A stretch of DNA of 64,000 nucleotides from Spirochaetales bacterium. Lineage in GTDB: Bacteria; Spirochaetota; Spirochaetia; JABMQR01. This document shows positions 1 to 9,728 of this stretch, piece by piece. The stretch's first letter is position 1. Every line of letters starts with the position of its first letter. The stretch is taken from the NCBI GenBank assembly GCA_018399255.1, contig JAGYPA010000017.1, forward strand, positions 6,130 through 70,129, written 5' to 3'. The position numbers were made by a program, and so were the translations under genes. The notes under the pieces were generated by a model. That model was not told the origin of the DNA and did not search any database. It saw only the letters and a program-made list of their open reading frames with translations.

Positions 1-75
1 GGCCTCTATCTTTTTCAGCTTATCAGCAAGTTCGCTTTCACCATACATCCGATAAAAATAGCAGAGAACAGGCAT
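1..75 (-). CDS. Possible N-terminus of a hypothetical protein running off the window edge (MPVLCYFYRMYGESELADKLKKIEA...)
   Basis: Manual minus-strand translation is open from ATG 75 (or ATG 48) to position 1; too short for a family call. Confidence 0.3.
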   Translation of the reverse strand, partial: MPVLCYFYRMYGESELADKLKKIEA

Positions 76-126
76 GAGTGAAAAGTATGCTCATCGTTTT
101 TTCGCAGTATTTTTTGGGTATTTTTT

Positions 127-213
127 GGCTGATAGGGCAACGGGGTGATAGGCTGATAGGCTGATAGGCTGATGGGGTAACGGGTTGATAGGCTGATGGG
201 GTAACGGGGTGAT
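127..213. repeat. Imperfect short tandem repeat built from GCTGATAGG and GGGGTAACGGG units
   Basis: Repeats are directly visible, downstream of the VOC gene stop. Confidence 0.85.
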
Positions 214-261
214 CATAGCGATGATACCAGTGGTAGAATCTTCAGTATTCTCCGTAGTGTA

Positions 262-633
262 CTACCTGGAGTTCTCCACAAACTGGATGCGCACGCCGTC
301 CGGGTCGGTGATGTAGAGGAATGAGATCATCGGGTTGGGCGAGAATGGGCCCTCAATGTCGGTGATGCATCTTTTTGAGAGCTCCTCTCGTTTGAGATCA
401 AGCGAATCGACGATGAAGCCGAGTGAGATGTCCCTGCCGTGCTGGGGTTCGCTGTTCTGTTCGCTGCAGATCAGTTCCACCTCTGTCTCTCCTGCTTCGG
501 AGGAGAGGAAGGCAATTTCGGTGCCGGGCCTCGGATTCATGCGGCGCTGTACGGTTAAGCCGACGATGTTCGTGTAAAAGGCGATTGATTCTTCCATGAC
601 ATGCACATTGATGGTAGTCCAGCAGAATTTCAT
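262..633 (-). CDS. VOC/glyoxalase-family protein (lactoylglutathione lyase-like)
   Basis: 123 aa; SIAFYTNIVGL and C-terminal YITDPDGVRIQFVE are typical VOC motifs; GGAGG RBS upstream. Confidence 0.85.
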   Translation of the reverse strand: MKFCWTTINVHVMEESIAFYTNIVGLTVQRRMNPRPGTEIAFLSSEAGETEVELICSEQNSEPQHGRDISLGFIVDSLDLKREELSKRCITDIEGPFSPNPMISFLYITDPDGVRIQFVENSR

Positions 634-706
634 TGTTCATATCCCTCCAGTTCGGAATGAGCTTGACACAGATTTTTCAGTAAAAATGCCAGCAGAGAGT
701 CTCCTG

Positions 707-1876
707 TTAGCTGAGATCGCCGGAAATCTTCTCAAGATACTGTTGCCAGTTCATAACGTGTATATAGTCAAGAGCATACGGTTCCGGGACTAAGCTTACG
801 ATAAAACAGGGCACTTCCGGATTGTCTTCATGAAAAGAAGCAATTCCACTGGTATCTCCACGGGAAATACGCGATTTGCTTTTGAATTCAACCGCAAGCG
901 ATAGGCTGCCGTCAATTCTGATCAGCAGATCAACTTCTGCTCCATGGTTGGTTCGCCAGTAATAGAGCTGATAATCAATGCCGGAATAGTCGAGGATCCT
1001 ATTGGTTTCCTGAACCATAAATTGTTCGAACAGTCTCCCTTTCAGGGTGGGGTCCACCGTTTTTCTCAAGCGATGGCAGAGGAAATTCGTCACCCCATTG
1101 TCAAAGAGATACATCTTGGGATGGCTGAGAAGTCTTTTTGTCGGACTTTTTCTCCATGCAGGAAGTCGTAAAGCAATCAGCGTATCTTCAAGAATCTCAT
1201 AGTACGACTGTACCGTACGGGTCGGCAGTCCTGCCTCTTTGCCGATAGATGTGAAATTTACAATCTCCCCGCAGTAAGCGGCAGTGAGATCAAGAAAACG
1301 GGTATACCCGCCTAAGTTGCGGACAAGTGCCTCCTGCTGAATCTCCTCCCGTAGGTACACCTCTACATAGGCTTTGAGTGTCTCTGAAGCATCCCTGGAG
1401 TTCAGCCCGTGAAGAGGGGGTAGAGTTCCCCAAACAAGCATGGTATCCAAATCTGTGGTTGCTCCATGAGCTGAATTGATTTCTTTCACGGTGAAAGGAT
1501 GCAAATGTCTTTTCAAGGCTCGGCCGCCGAGCATATTGGCTCCTTTCTGTTTGAGTTTCCGGGCACTGGAACCAGAGAGAATGAATTTGACGTTTGAAGA
1601 TTCAAGCATCAGATGAACATCATTGAGAAGGTCCGGAATTCGCTGCACTTCATCAATGATTATCCATTCACAACCATTGTTGATTTTCTCTTGAGCCTCT
1701 AACCTGAAAACAGCTGGATCACGAATATATCGGAAGAACGTATCGTTTTTCAGCAGGTTAACCATCCACTGATTTTCAAGGTGCAGCGATTTAATCCAGG
1801 TACTCTTTCCTGTCTGTCGAGGGCCAAGGAGAAAAAACGATCTTTCAGGCTTTGAAATTAATCTTTTAATCATCAT
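707..1876 (-). CDS. AAA_14-type ATPase with C-terminal DUF4143 (PD-(D/E)xK-like) domain
   Basis: Walker A GPRQTGKS, Walker B IIIDEVQR, SGSSARKL, C-terminal YYWRTNHGAEVDLL...AVEFKS. Start trimmed to MMIKR at 1876. Confidence 0.9.
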   Translation of the reverse strand: MMIKRLISKPERSFFLLGPRQTGKSTWIKSLHLENQWMVNLLKNDTFFRYIRDPAVFRLEAQEKINNGCEWIIIDEVQRIPDLLNDVHLMLESSNVKFILSGSSARKLKQKGANMLGGRALKRHLHPFTVKEINSAHGATTDLDTMLVWGTLPPLHGLNSRDASETLKAYVEVYLREEIQQEALVRNLGGYTRFLDLTAAYCGEIVNFTSIGKEAGLPTRTVQSYYEILEDTLIALRLPAWRKSPTKRLLSHPKMYLFDNGVTNFLCHRLRKTVDPTLKGRLFEQFMVQETNRILDYSGIDYQLYYWRTNHGAEVDLLIRIDGSLSLAVEFKSKSRISRGDTSGIASFHEDNPEVPCFIVSLVPEPYALDYIHVMNWQQYLEKISGDLS

Positions 1877-1985
1877 GCAGGATTGTACGGTAAATATGCA
1901 GTCTTGTAAAGTAATGCCGGTCAAAAAGTAGGAAAACCGCATGAAAGTCGGCAGCTGGTCAGGGGGGGATGGTGTCAGGGGAGAT

Positions 1986-2009
1986 GGTGTCAGACGCCGA
2001 AACACAATT
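1986..2009 (+). repeat. Collapsed (single-core) copy of the 63-bp GGTGTCWGACACC element
   Basis: GGTGTCAGACGCC-GAAACACAATT matches the right end plus flank of the copy at 27501-27524 (GGTGTCAAACACC-AAAACACAATT). Confidence 0.65.
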
Positions 2010-2049
2010 CTTCCTTTTACAGCATTCATGCAGTATAATCGGAGACACT

Positions 2050-3851
2050 ATGAACATAGATACATTTGAATTGGAAATAGAGGAAAAGATCCTTGACCGG
2101 GGATATGATTATTGGCAGTCAGGTTCGGTGCAGAAGATAGTCCATTCTGAAGGCAACAGAATTACAGCTGTAGTCATGGGCAGTGAACCGTATCGCGTAA
2201 GCATTGAGCTGGATAAAAAGGGAGACATTACGCATTCCTGCACCTGTCCGTATGATTACGGCCCGATTTGCAAGCATGTAGTCGCCCTGCTGTACGAGAT
2301 TGAAGAACGGCAGCTCAACAATTCCGAACCGGGGGAACAAGGGGGCGACGGCGGTGGTGAGAGCGACGGCGGGAACGGGAACGGGAACGGGAACGGGAAC
2401 GAGAACGGGGATATCGAGGTGGAGGGTGAAGACCGGGACGACTTGAGCAGACTTGAGGAAATCCTGGGAAATCTGGAAGCAAGAGAATTGCGTGCGCTAG
2501 TCCTTGAGCATGTCCGGCATGATCTTTCCTGGGGAAACGATCTTCTGGGAAGATACAGCGAATCGGATGAGGAAAGCTATCATCATTATTGCGCTATGCT
2601 TGAAGAGCAGCTTGATGCTTGCAGGGGGCGTCACGGGTATATCGATTACCATCAGGCAAGCATGGCTGGAGATGAAGCCTCAGATATGGTTGATAGAGCA
2701 CGAGTGCTGATCGGGGACCAGAAATTTGACCAGGCAATCCCGATGCTTCACGCTGTCTGCACGGTAATGGCGGAGGGCATTGAAGAGGCTGATGATTCCG
2801 ACGGCAGTATCGGCGGGGCAATTGAGGATGCAATAGACTGCTTTCAGGAAATGGCGGTAGATCCCGACTTGCCGGATGCAATTCGGATCCGACTGATTTC
2901 TCTGCTGACCGACCAGGAGCTCCTCAGTACTCTGTCAGATTACAGCTGGGATTCCAACCTGCTGAGTATCCTTCCCCATCTCGTGGAAACCGCGGAAGAG
3001 GAAAAGCAGGTGCTTTCACTGCTCGCGGACCATTACGGCGCTGCTGCCGACAGCAGCGTGGACGAAGGCGTCCGGCAAGGTTCCTGGAACAGATCGTATA
3101 TGGCCGAAGAGGCGGCCAGAATTATGCTTGCCCTCTTTCAGCGACGGCGAAGTCCTGCAGAGATTGAAGCCTTCATCCGGGCACATACCTACATGCCCTC
3201 TTTTCGCAGACTTGTACTGCAGCAGCATCTTGAACGGGGGGAATATCAGGAACTGTACAGAGAAGCTGAGGAGGGAATCATACAGGATGCCGGCTTGCCC
3301 GGACTTGTTCGTGAGTGGACGGGCTGGATTCTCAAAGGAGCCCAGGCTTCAGGAGATACAGACAGGGTGAGAGAGTCGGCATGGAAGGCACGCTGACGGT
3401 TGGGGATCAGAAACTACTGATTTGCCAGTATCCTGAAATCCACGACTTCAGCCGGACTGGCCGGAAATGCGAATACGCTGTTTGAGGGAAATGTCCGGGA
3501 ATGACCGTTTCCACACCCGGCTGATACCCCTCTATATCCACGAAGGACTGTTCGACCAAACTCTGGTACGCCAAATCAAAGCCGCGACCCGATGTCGGGA
3601 AATGTATCCGTTATGGACAGTATCTGCTTCCTCAATACTTTGTGAAGAAATGGCAGAGCTGGCTGAGGGCTTGTGCTGAAACAACTCTCTTACATAGCAG
3701 TCGGCCGATATATGCCGGGCAGCGCGGTTTACTGAAGGCTCTCCGGGTACATGGCGCGAAACGACAGGCAAAATCCATAGCATCCCGGTTACTGGGCTAT
3801 ACCCCAACCGTCCGGCGATGCGCGACGGAACTTCGCAAGGGCGGCTTTTAA
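2050..3851 (+). CDS. SWIM zinc-finger protein with helical C-terminal region; frame broken after ~3396, probably continuing to ~3851
   Basis: GGAG RBS at 2041 and ATG 2050; ILDRGYDY, VMGSEPYRVSI, SWIM motif CTCPYDYGPICKHVVA; short overlapping ORF fragments 3467-3851 look like the broken tail. Confidence 0.8.
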
Positions 3852-4010
3852 CCGCCTGGCCTCGGCTTTTCAGCCAGCCGCCTGGCCTCGGCTTACAGCC
3901 GCCCTGGCCTCGGCTTACAGCCGCCTGGCCTCGGCTTACAACCGCCTGGCCTCAGCTTTACAGCCGCCTGGCCTCGGCTTACAGCCGCCTGGCCTCGGCT
4001 TACAGCCGCC
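3851..4010. repeat. Tandem repeat of a ~21-bp unit (CCGCCTGGCCTCGGCTTACAG), about 7 copies
   Basis: Contiguous near-identical units with no spacers, between convergent gene ends. Confidence 0.95.
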
Positions 4011-4100
4011 GGAGGTCCTTGAAGCAGACTGCATACTGCTGTCAATTAAAGCGACTCTCCGTAAGCTTCTACCCCCAGATCCCCCAGATCCCCCAGAGAC

Positions 4101-6020
4101 TCACTCCGCAGAAGCTTCTTCCGCCTGAGGAAACAGGACAGCCGCCAGCTCTGTCCGCTGCACACAGTACTGCCCGGAAGCGAGAGCCTCAGGAGTCGGG
4201 CGTTCCCTCAGTGAGCAGATGCCGTTTCTGCAGAGACTCCGGTAGACAAACCGGCTGTAGCGCTCAATGAACAGCTCGTAGGCAGACTGCTGATCATCCC
4301 CCCCATCATCCTGCGCCCCATCATCATCTACCCCATCCCCATCATCAACAAACCCATCATCATCAATATATATATCATCCAGAAGCTCATAGAACTGATT
4401 CAGGATTTCAAGGGCATAGGTGCGGACAGCAATCCAGCGATTCCCGATGGTGTGGAGTAGGGTAATGGTCATATTCATGATGAAATACCCCTCGAAATCA
4501 TCAAATTGAGTTACAAACAGATGTTCAATGTAATTTCTCGGATCCTCCCTGAAATCTGCCTGTCTCTGGGGGTGGTGTACCAGACTGGAGAAGATGCTCA
4601 AACTTACATCAGGATTATAATCCGCCCACAGGGTATACTCCTCAGAGCGGTGAGTGAAGCGCGACTTCATCATCAATGACAGATTGAGAGGCGGATCGAG
4701 AAGGTATGCCTGCTCCATTTCCCTGATCCGCTGGGGCAGCCCTTCAGATGCAAGGAGGTGCTCGGATTGTTTCAGGATTTCGAGTCCCTCACTGATGCTT
4801 TCACGATGGTTTTCGAGGAGGCGTTCAAGATGGTTCAACTCATCTGGGTTGCCGGCTGCAGCCTGCTGTATGGCATTGATTATCCCCCTCATGCGTGAAA
4901 AGAAATCCTCCCCTTTCCTGAAGGGGGCGAGGTAGGAGTCAAAAGGCGGGGGGCAGTGGTCATGAAGGGTGGTGAAGTGGTAGTAGACTTGTGATACTGA
5001 ACCGTCCGGGTGGAGGTCACGGGGTTCGCCGCCGTTTTTCAGTTTGAGCAGCTCCAGGCTGAGATAGAAATCATACCGGGAGTGAGAGAGCAGAAGGGCC
5101 TTTCCGGTATCGTTACACAGGGTAATTTCAGGTTGATAGTTACTGGTGGAGACCCAGAGTGAACGCTTTTTCGGGTTCATGTTGTAGGTTTTCAGTACGC
5201 TCGGGGCTGTCCGGTCTCTCAGTTCTACGTCTGTTCCCCGATAGCTGACCCTTTCGAAGCCTTTTCTGGTTTCCCGCTTCCACTTTCCCGGGAGAGCGGG
5301 CAGTTCCTCCAGGGGAAACTCAGCCCAGTAGACGGAATCCGGCTCTCCGAAAGTGCGGGGTATGTGAACTGAGTCTATCGCGTTGATCGTGAAGAAGTCC
5401 AGATAGCGCTCCAATATCAGTTGAGTAAGCGTTACTGTTTCGTTTTTCGGGTCTCGGAGGCTCCTGGTGTACCAGAGGAAATCATCGATGAGCAGGTAAT
5501 AGCCGTATATGATACCTTTTGGCTGGTAACAGACTCCGTTGAAAACAATCCAGGCAATGAAGGTTTGTTCCGTATCAGAATTACGCGTCGCTAATTCGGT
5601 AAGCTCCGGGCTGTAGAGAATTACTTCTTCTCCTGTGAGCGTATCCTGCAGCTGGTAGGTGTCTTCGGGGAGGGTATCGATAATCTTTGCAATAATCCAG
5701 TGCGGTACATGAGCCCTGCAGTTGGTGAGTATGGTTCTAGACTCGGGCGAGAGCCATTTCTGATATTTCTGCAGGAATTTGGTGAGCGCAAAGCGGTCTG
5801 AAAGGATGGAAGCAAGGATAAAGGTTAGCAGATGGAAGTCAGCTTGGTAGGCGTCTTCGGAGGCTATCGGCGAGTCGACATCCTTTTTTAGCGTATGGTA
5901 GATCTCAGAGCTGCGCAGGTGAGTCTCGGCAAATTGTTCTGCGAATTCTTCAATTTCATCAAAATGCTCATCCAGTCTTAAGCTGGCTGCAAGTATCTCT
6001 GCTGTAGTTGGCGTCTTCAT
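4101..6020 (-). CDS. Hypothetical protein, 639 aa; paralog of 27802-29682
   Basis: Long ORF with GAGGAG RBS; aligns by eye with the 626-aa protein (NRWIAVRTYALEIL / DRWVSVRSCGIEIL; YSRFVYRSLCRNG / FSRFVLMSLCSNG). Confidence 0.8.
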   Translation of the reverse strand: MKTPTTAEILAASLRLDEHFDEIEEFAEQFAETHLRSSEIYHTLKKDVDSPIASEDAYQADFHLLTFILASILSDRFALTKFLQKYQKWLSPESRTILTNCRAHVPHWIIAKIIDTLPEDTYQLQDTLTGEEVILYSPELTELATRNSDTEQTFIAWIVFNGVCYQPKGIIYGYYLLIDDFLWYTRSLRDPKNETVTLTQLILERYLDFFTINAIDSVHIPRTFGEPDSVYWAEFPLEELPALPGKWKRETRKGFERVSYRGTDVELRDRTAPSVLKTYNMNPKKRSLWVSTSNYQPEITLCNDTGKALLLSHSRYDFYLSLELLKLKNGGEPRDLHPDGSVSQVYYHFTTLHDHCPPPFDSYLAPFRKGEDFFSRMRGIINAIQQAAAGNPDELNHLERLLENHRESISEGLEILKQSEHLLASEGLPQRIREMEQAYLLDPPLNLSLMMKSRFTHRSEEYTLWADYNPDVSLSIFSSLVHHPQRQADFREDPRNYIEHLFVTQFDDFEGYFIMNMTITLLHTIGNRWIAVRTYALEILNQFYELLDDIYIDDDGFVDDGDGVDDDGAQDDGGDDQQSAYELFIERYSRFVYRSLCRNGICSLRERPTPEALASGQYCVQRTELAAVLFPQAEEASAE

Positions 6021-6325
6021 GGTATCTCCTCATTACGCATGGAATGCTGCTGATCCCGTTCCCCAGAACGGTGAAATCCGTCATAGTCAGAGGAAATTTC
6101 AATATTACGAAGTATTTTGAAATCAGCTCGTCAATCTCGGAAAATTCATTCTACCTGCTTTTACCATCGCTTGCCAAGTTTCCGACAGCCTGCTTGCATT
6201 GAATCGTTTGCTTCTGAGCCAGCCCACATACACACAAAATTGCAGAACAGATGGGAAACTTTGATGCTATCGAAAAAGTAGGCACGAAGAGGTGAAAAAG
6301 GCTGAACCACCTCTCACGTCGACAT

Positions 6326-6436
6326 AAAACATACAAGTCACACGAGTCAATGCGGTAGGCGGGTAAGTAACTCCTTCCCGAAAACAAGTAGCCTACACCG
6401 AAACATCTACTCATGCGACATGTGTAAATCGAACCG
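6326..6436. repeat. Inverted pair of a ~30-bp motif (core ACACATGTCGCAYGAGTAG)
   Basis: The reverse complement of 6407-6436 (CGGTTCGATTTACACATGTCGCATGAGTAG) closely matches 21984-22013; a degenerate + strand copy lies at 6326-6348. Confidence 0.65.
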
Positions 6437-6549
6437 ACCTGCATCAGTGAAAATTTTCGATTTTCTCTTTTCCTTAGCAGGGTCGCGCGCTGAGGAGCGA
6501 TAAGAAACCTCCAGTAAAATAGTAAAAACCGTAAAAACCTGTAAAATTG

Positions 6550-6577
6550 TTGACGGACAGAAAAAGAAAGGTAGAAT
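6550..6577 (+). promoter_or_regulatory. Sigma70-type promoter for the sensor kinase operon
   Basis: TTGACG (6550-6555), 16 nt, TAGAAT (6572-6577), about 40 nt upstream of the start codon. Confidence 0.6.
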
Positions 6578-6616
6578 GTACTCTGTGTTCTTGAAATTTT
6601 TCAATGCAGAGAGACG

Positions 6617-8338
6617 ATGCCCATGAAGCTGTCGGTTAAACGTTTTCTCATAATCAATAGTATTTTACTCATTTTTTTGCTTTCAGGCGCCGTCAGTATC
6701 CTGTACCTGGGAGTTTCACATATAACAACCGAAATGGCGGAAACGTTCAGTTCAGAAACACTCTCTAAAATTGCCGGTGATTTTTCCATGCGACTGCGGG
6801 GGTTGAGCCGCTTTGCCGTGCAGCTCGGCACGGACAGTGATATTATCGCAGTAAATGAGGAAGAAGAGAATCTCTGGGTATACAAAGATATCCTGAATCA
6901 GCTGCAGCGGTATGCTGCACTCAACGAGACCGAGAGCCGTCTCACCCTTTTTCTCGGGCAAAAAGGGAAAGGACTTTCATCACACGACAACCTTTTCCCC
7001 ATTGATGCAGAGTATCTTGCAAAAGAAGCTGAATACCCCAACATGTGGTATATCAGGAAAGGTCCGTCCTCCGAGGAAAGCACGCTCAAATTTTTTTTTG
7101 TCAATAGTCAGAATGACCTGGAACAGCAGGTTTCTATCTTGGTGGAAATAGACTTTGCCTATCTCAAGCAGCTGCTTTCAGGATTGAAAATAACAGGCGG
7201 CGGCACTGCGTTTCTTGTTGATCCTCACGGAAATGAACTGATAAGCGGGGATTTTGAAAAAATCCAGGAAGCCGTGAGCGAGGACCTGCTGGTTAACAGA
7301 GATGAACAGGAAGGCATTGTCTATGCCAAAGATAAGCAATTGCGCCTGCTGTATACCGAATTGTCAGGAACCGGTCTTATTCTAGGTATGGCATTCACCG
7401 ATTCTATGTTCATGGAACCTGTTCAGCGCGCCAACAGATTCGTACTGCTGCTCTTTTTCGTTGCGGTGATTTTACTCATAGCTCAGTTTCTCTTCCTCTA
7501 TCTTTCAATCAGGACTCCTCTTGGCACCTTGCGGAAGGGAATGCTCTCTGTGGAGCAAGGTGACTATTCCAGAGAGCTGAACTCGCACTGGCTCCTGGAA
7601 ATTGACTATATTTATCATCAATATAACCGAATGGTCCGAAGAATTGAATCTCTGCTCAATGAAGTGAAACTGGAACATCTGAGAACTCAGGAAGCCGAGT
7701 ATAAATTTCTGCAAGCTCAGATAAACCCCCATTTTCTCTATAACAGCCTCTACTACATCTATCAGATGAGCATGGCAGGGGATAGTGAAAATACAGCAGA
7801 GATGTCAATAGCCCTGGCTAGAGCTACTTTAAGCGGCTTCCCGAGCCAACAAGCCGGTGGTTCAGCGCAGGCAGAACTGGAAAACATCACAGTCTACATG
7901 AAAATTCAGGAGCTGCGTCATCCGGACAGGGTTTCATATGAGGTCACTGTTGATGAGGAGGCGCTCCATACTGAAGTTCCTCGTCTCTTCGCTGCCGTAT
8001 TTATTGAAAACTCACTTGTTCACGGTATGGAGGCGGCGGATAGAACAGTCCATATCAGCATATCGGCAAAAACCGGGCATCACGGTCTTGAACTGGTCAT
8101 TGAAGATAATGGCCCCGGAATTCCAGAAAGCAAGCTGATTGAGATGAATCGTCTGCTCAAGGAACAGCCGGAAAAGCTGACCGGGTGCGGCATTAGAAAT
8201 CCATGTCTGAGACTCCGGTACCGTTATGGACCACATGCGGGAGTCAAGCTGGTTTCCCGCCGGCCGTATGGGCTGACCGTGATCTTGAACATACCGGAAA
8301 CGCCTCTACGTTCCTTCCGGATATCGGAGCAAACCTGA
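6617..8338 (+). CDS. YesM-like sensor histidine kinase (2 TM, HAMP, His_kinase, HATPase)
   Basis: LQAQINPHFLYNSL, ENSLVHG, IEDNGPGI; two hydrophobic segments. Confidence 0.92.
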   Translation: MPMKLSVKRFLIINSILLIFLLSGAVSILYLGVSHITTEMAETFSSETLSKIAGDFSMRLRGLSRFAVQLGTDSDIIAVNEEEENLWVYKDILNQLQRYAALNETESRLTLFLGQKGKGLSSHDNLFPIDAEYLAKEAEYPNMWYIRKGPSSEESTLKFFFVNSQNDLEQQVSILVEIDFAYLKQLLSGLKITGGGTAFLVDPHGNELISGDFEKIQEAVSEDLLVNRDEQEGIVYAKDKQLRLLYTELSGTGLILGMAFTDSMFMEPVQRANRFVLLLFFVAVILLIAQFLFLYLSIRTPLGTLRKGMLSVEQGDYSRELNSHWLLEIDYIYHQYNRMVRRIESLLNEVKLEHLRTQEAEYKFLQAQINPHFLYNSLYYIYQMSMAGDSENTAEMSIALARATLSGFPSQQAGGSAQAELENITVYMKIQELRHPDRVSYEVTVDEEALHTEVPRLFAAVFIENSLVHGMEAADRTVHISISAKTGHHGLELVIEDNGPGIPESKLIEMNRLLKEQPEKLTGCGIRNPCLRLRYRYGPHAGVKLVSRRPYGLTVILNIPETPLRSFRISEQT

Positions 8339-8339
8339 T

Positions 8340-9593
8340 ATGAAGACGTTACTGATCATAGACGATGAACCGATGGTAATCCAGGGACTTGTACATGATA
8401 TTCACTGGGAAGAGCTGGGTTTCTGTGATGTGCTGAGTGCAGGCAACGGAGTGCAGGCCCTTGAGATCCTGAGAAGTAAAAGAGTCGATATTGTCATATC
8501 GGATATACGTATGCCTGAATTAGACGGACTTCAGCTGGCCAGACTGGTGCACCAGAATTGGCCCTTTGCCCGGCTTATTATTCTCTCCGGATATGATCTG
8601 TTCTCTTATGCTCAGGAGGCTGTGAAATATCATGTGTTTCGCTATCTTACAAAACCGACTCCCTATCCGCTTCTGGTTGAATGTGTAACAGCAGCCCTGC
8701 AGGATCAGAAATCACAAATTGATCGTATGGAACATGCGGTGAATCTTCTGGAACGGCTTGAGCGATTGATTCCCCGGGTTACCCGGAATATGCTGCAGAA
8801 GGTTATTGTTGACGGAGAAGATCTTACGGCTTTTGACTGGGGTGAATTACGGGAATATATCCCCTTTGTTAATGAGAATACTGCTGTTATGCAGGTTCTT
8901 CTGCACTCTGGAAAGCAGCAGGTGCCTGATATTGAGTGGCTGAGGGAACAGGCTTTCATACAGACCCAGACAAAAGAGTTCGAGATGCTCTATATCCCGC
9001 TACTTATGGAGGGGTCCCTGCTGCTGGTCTCAGTCTGGAAAGATGCGCTCAAAGCCCGGATGCTGCTTGAGCATTGGCAGAAAATGGCAGATCTATTGTT
9101 TCCTGTTGATGAATACAGCAGTTCGGTTCAGGTTGTTTTCAGCCCGATTCATCTACTTGAGGAATCAGGAGATGTCTACGTGAAACTGCTGGATATATGT
9201 CGGAAAAAGTCTGGGGGAAAGCAGGAGCCGGTGATGTTTTCCGGCGCCTGGGATAGAATGGATGTCCGGCCGCATCAGATGGTAGTTGAGGCTAAAAAGA
9301 TCATTGAGAACAATCTGGAGCATGATCTGTCCATAAGTGAGCTTGCGGAGAAACTCCACTTGCATCCGGGGTACCTATCATCGCTGTTTCGGGATTCAGA
9401 GTCGATAAGCCTGCAGCAGTACATCATTCGAAGAAAAATTGAACATGCAGCGGAGCTCCTGACAGAACCGGGGGCCAGGGTGTTCGAAGTTGCCCTAAAG
9501 ATCGGGTACAGCAGCCCGTATCATTTCAGCAGAATTTTCAAGAAAATCAAAGCTGTCTCTCCTAAAGATTATCAGCGGGGGGGCAGAGGATAA
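8340..9593 (+). CDS. YesN-like response regulator with AraC-type HTH
   Basis: LLIIDDE, SDIRMPELDG, C-terminal HLHPGYLSSLFR...GYSSPYHFSRIFKK. Confidence 0.92.
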   Translation: MKTLLIIDDEPMVIQGLVHDIHWEELGFCDVLSAGNGVQALEILRSKRVDIVISDIRMPELDGLQLARLVHQNWPFARLIILSGYDLFSYAQEAVKYHVFRYLTKPTPYPLLVECVTAALQDQKSQIDRMEHAVNLLERLERLIPRVTRNMLQKVIVDGEDLTAFDWGELREYIPFVNENTAVMQVLLHSGKQQVPDIEWLREQAFIQTQTKEFEMLYIPLLMEGSLLLVSVWKDALKARMLLEHWQKMADLLFPVDEYSSSVQVVFSPIHLLEESGDVYVKLLDICRKKSGGKQEPVMFSGAWDRMDVRPHQMVVEAKKIIENNLEHDLSISELAEKLHLHPGYLSSLFRDSESISLQQYIIRRKIEHAAELLTEPGARVFEVALKIGYSSPYHFSRIFKKIKAVSPKDYQRGGRG

Positions 9594-9728
9594 CACTGCC
9601 GGCGGTGCAGCCTGAGATTTTTTCGGAATTCTTGAATAAGCGCAAATTATCTTAACTCAGGGCATTTCACTCAAAATGTTTTACACGTACCATGAGATAT
9701 CATGAAAAATAATCCAAGGAGGATGGAG

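Noticed and set aside
3851..4010. Possible CRISPR array (also considered for 22497-22587 and 19123-19177)
   Set aside because: Units are contiguous with no unique spacers, are only 11-21 bp, and no cas genes are present.
3818..4270. 150-aa ORF with AWPRL/YSRLASA repeats
   Set aside because: It is a translation of the 21-bp tandem repeat and overlaps the end of the 639-aa gene on the opposite strand.
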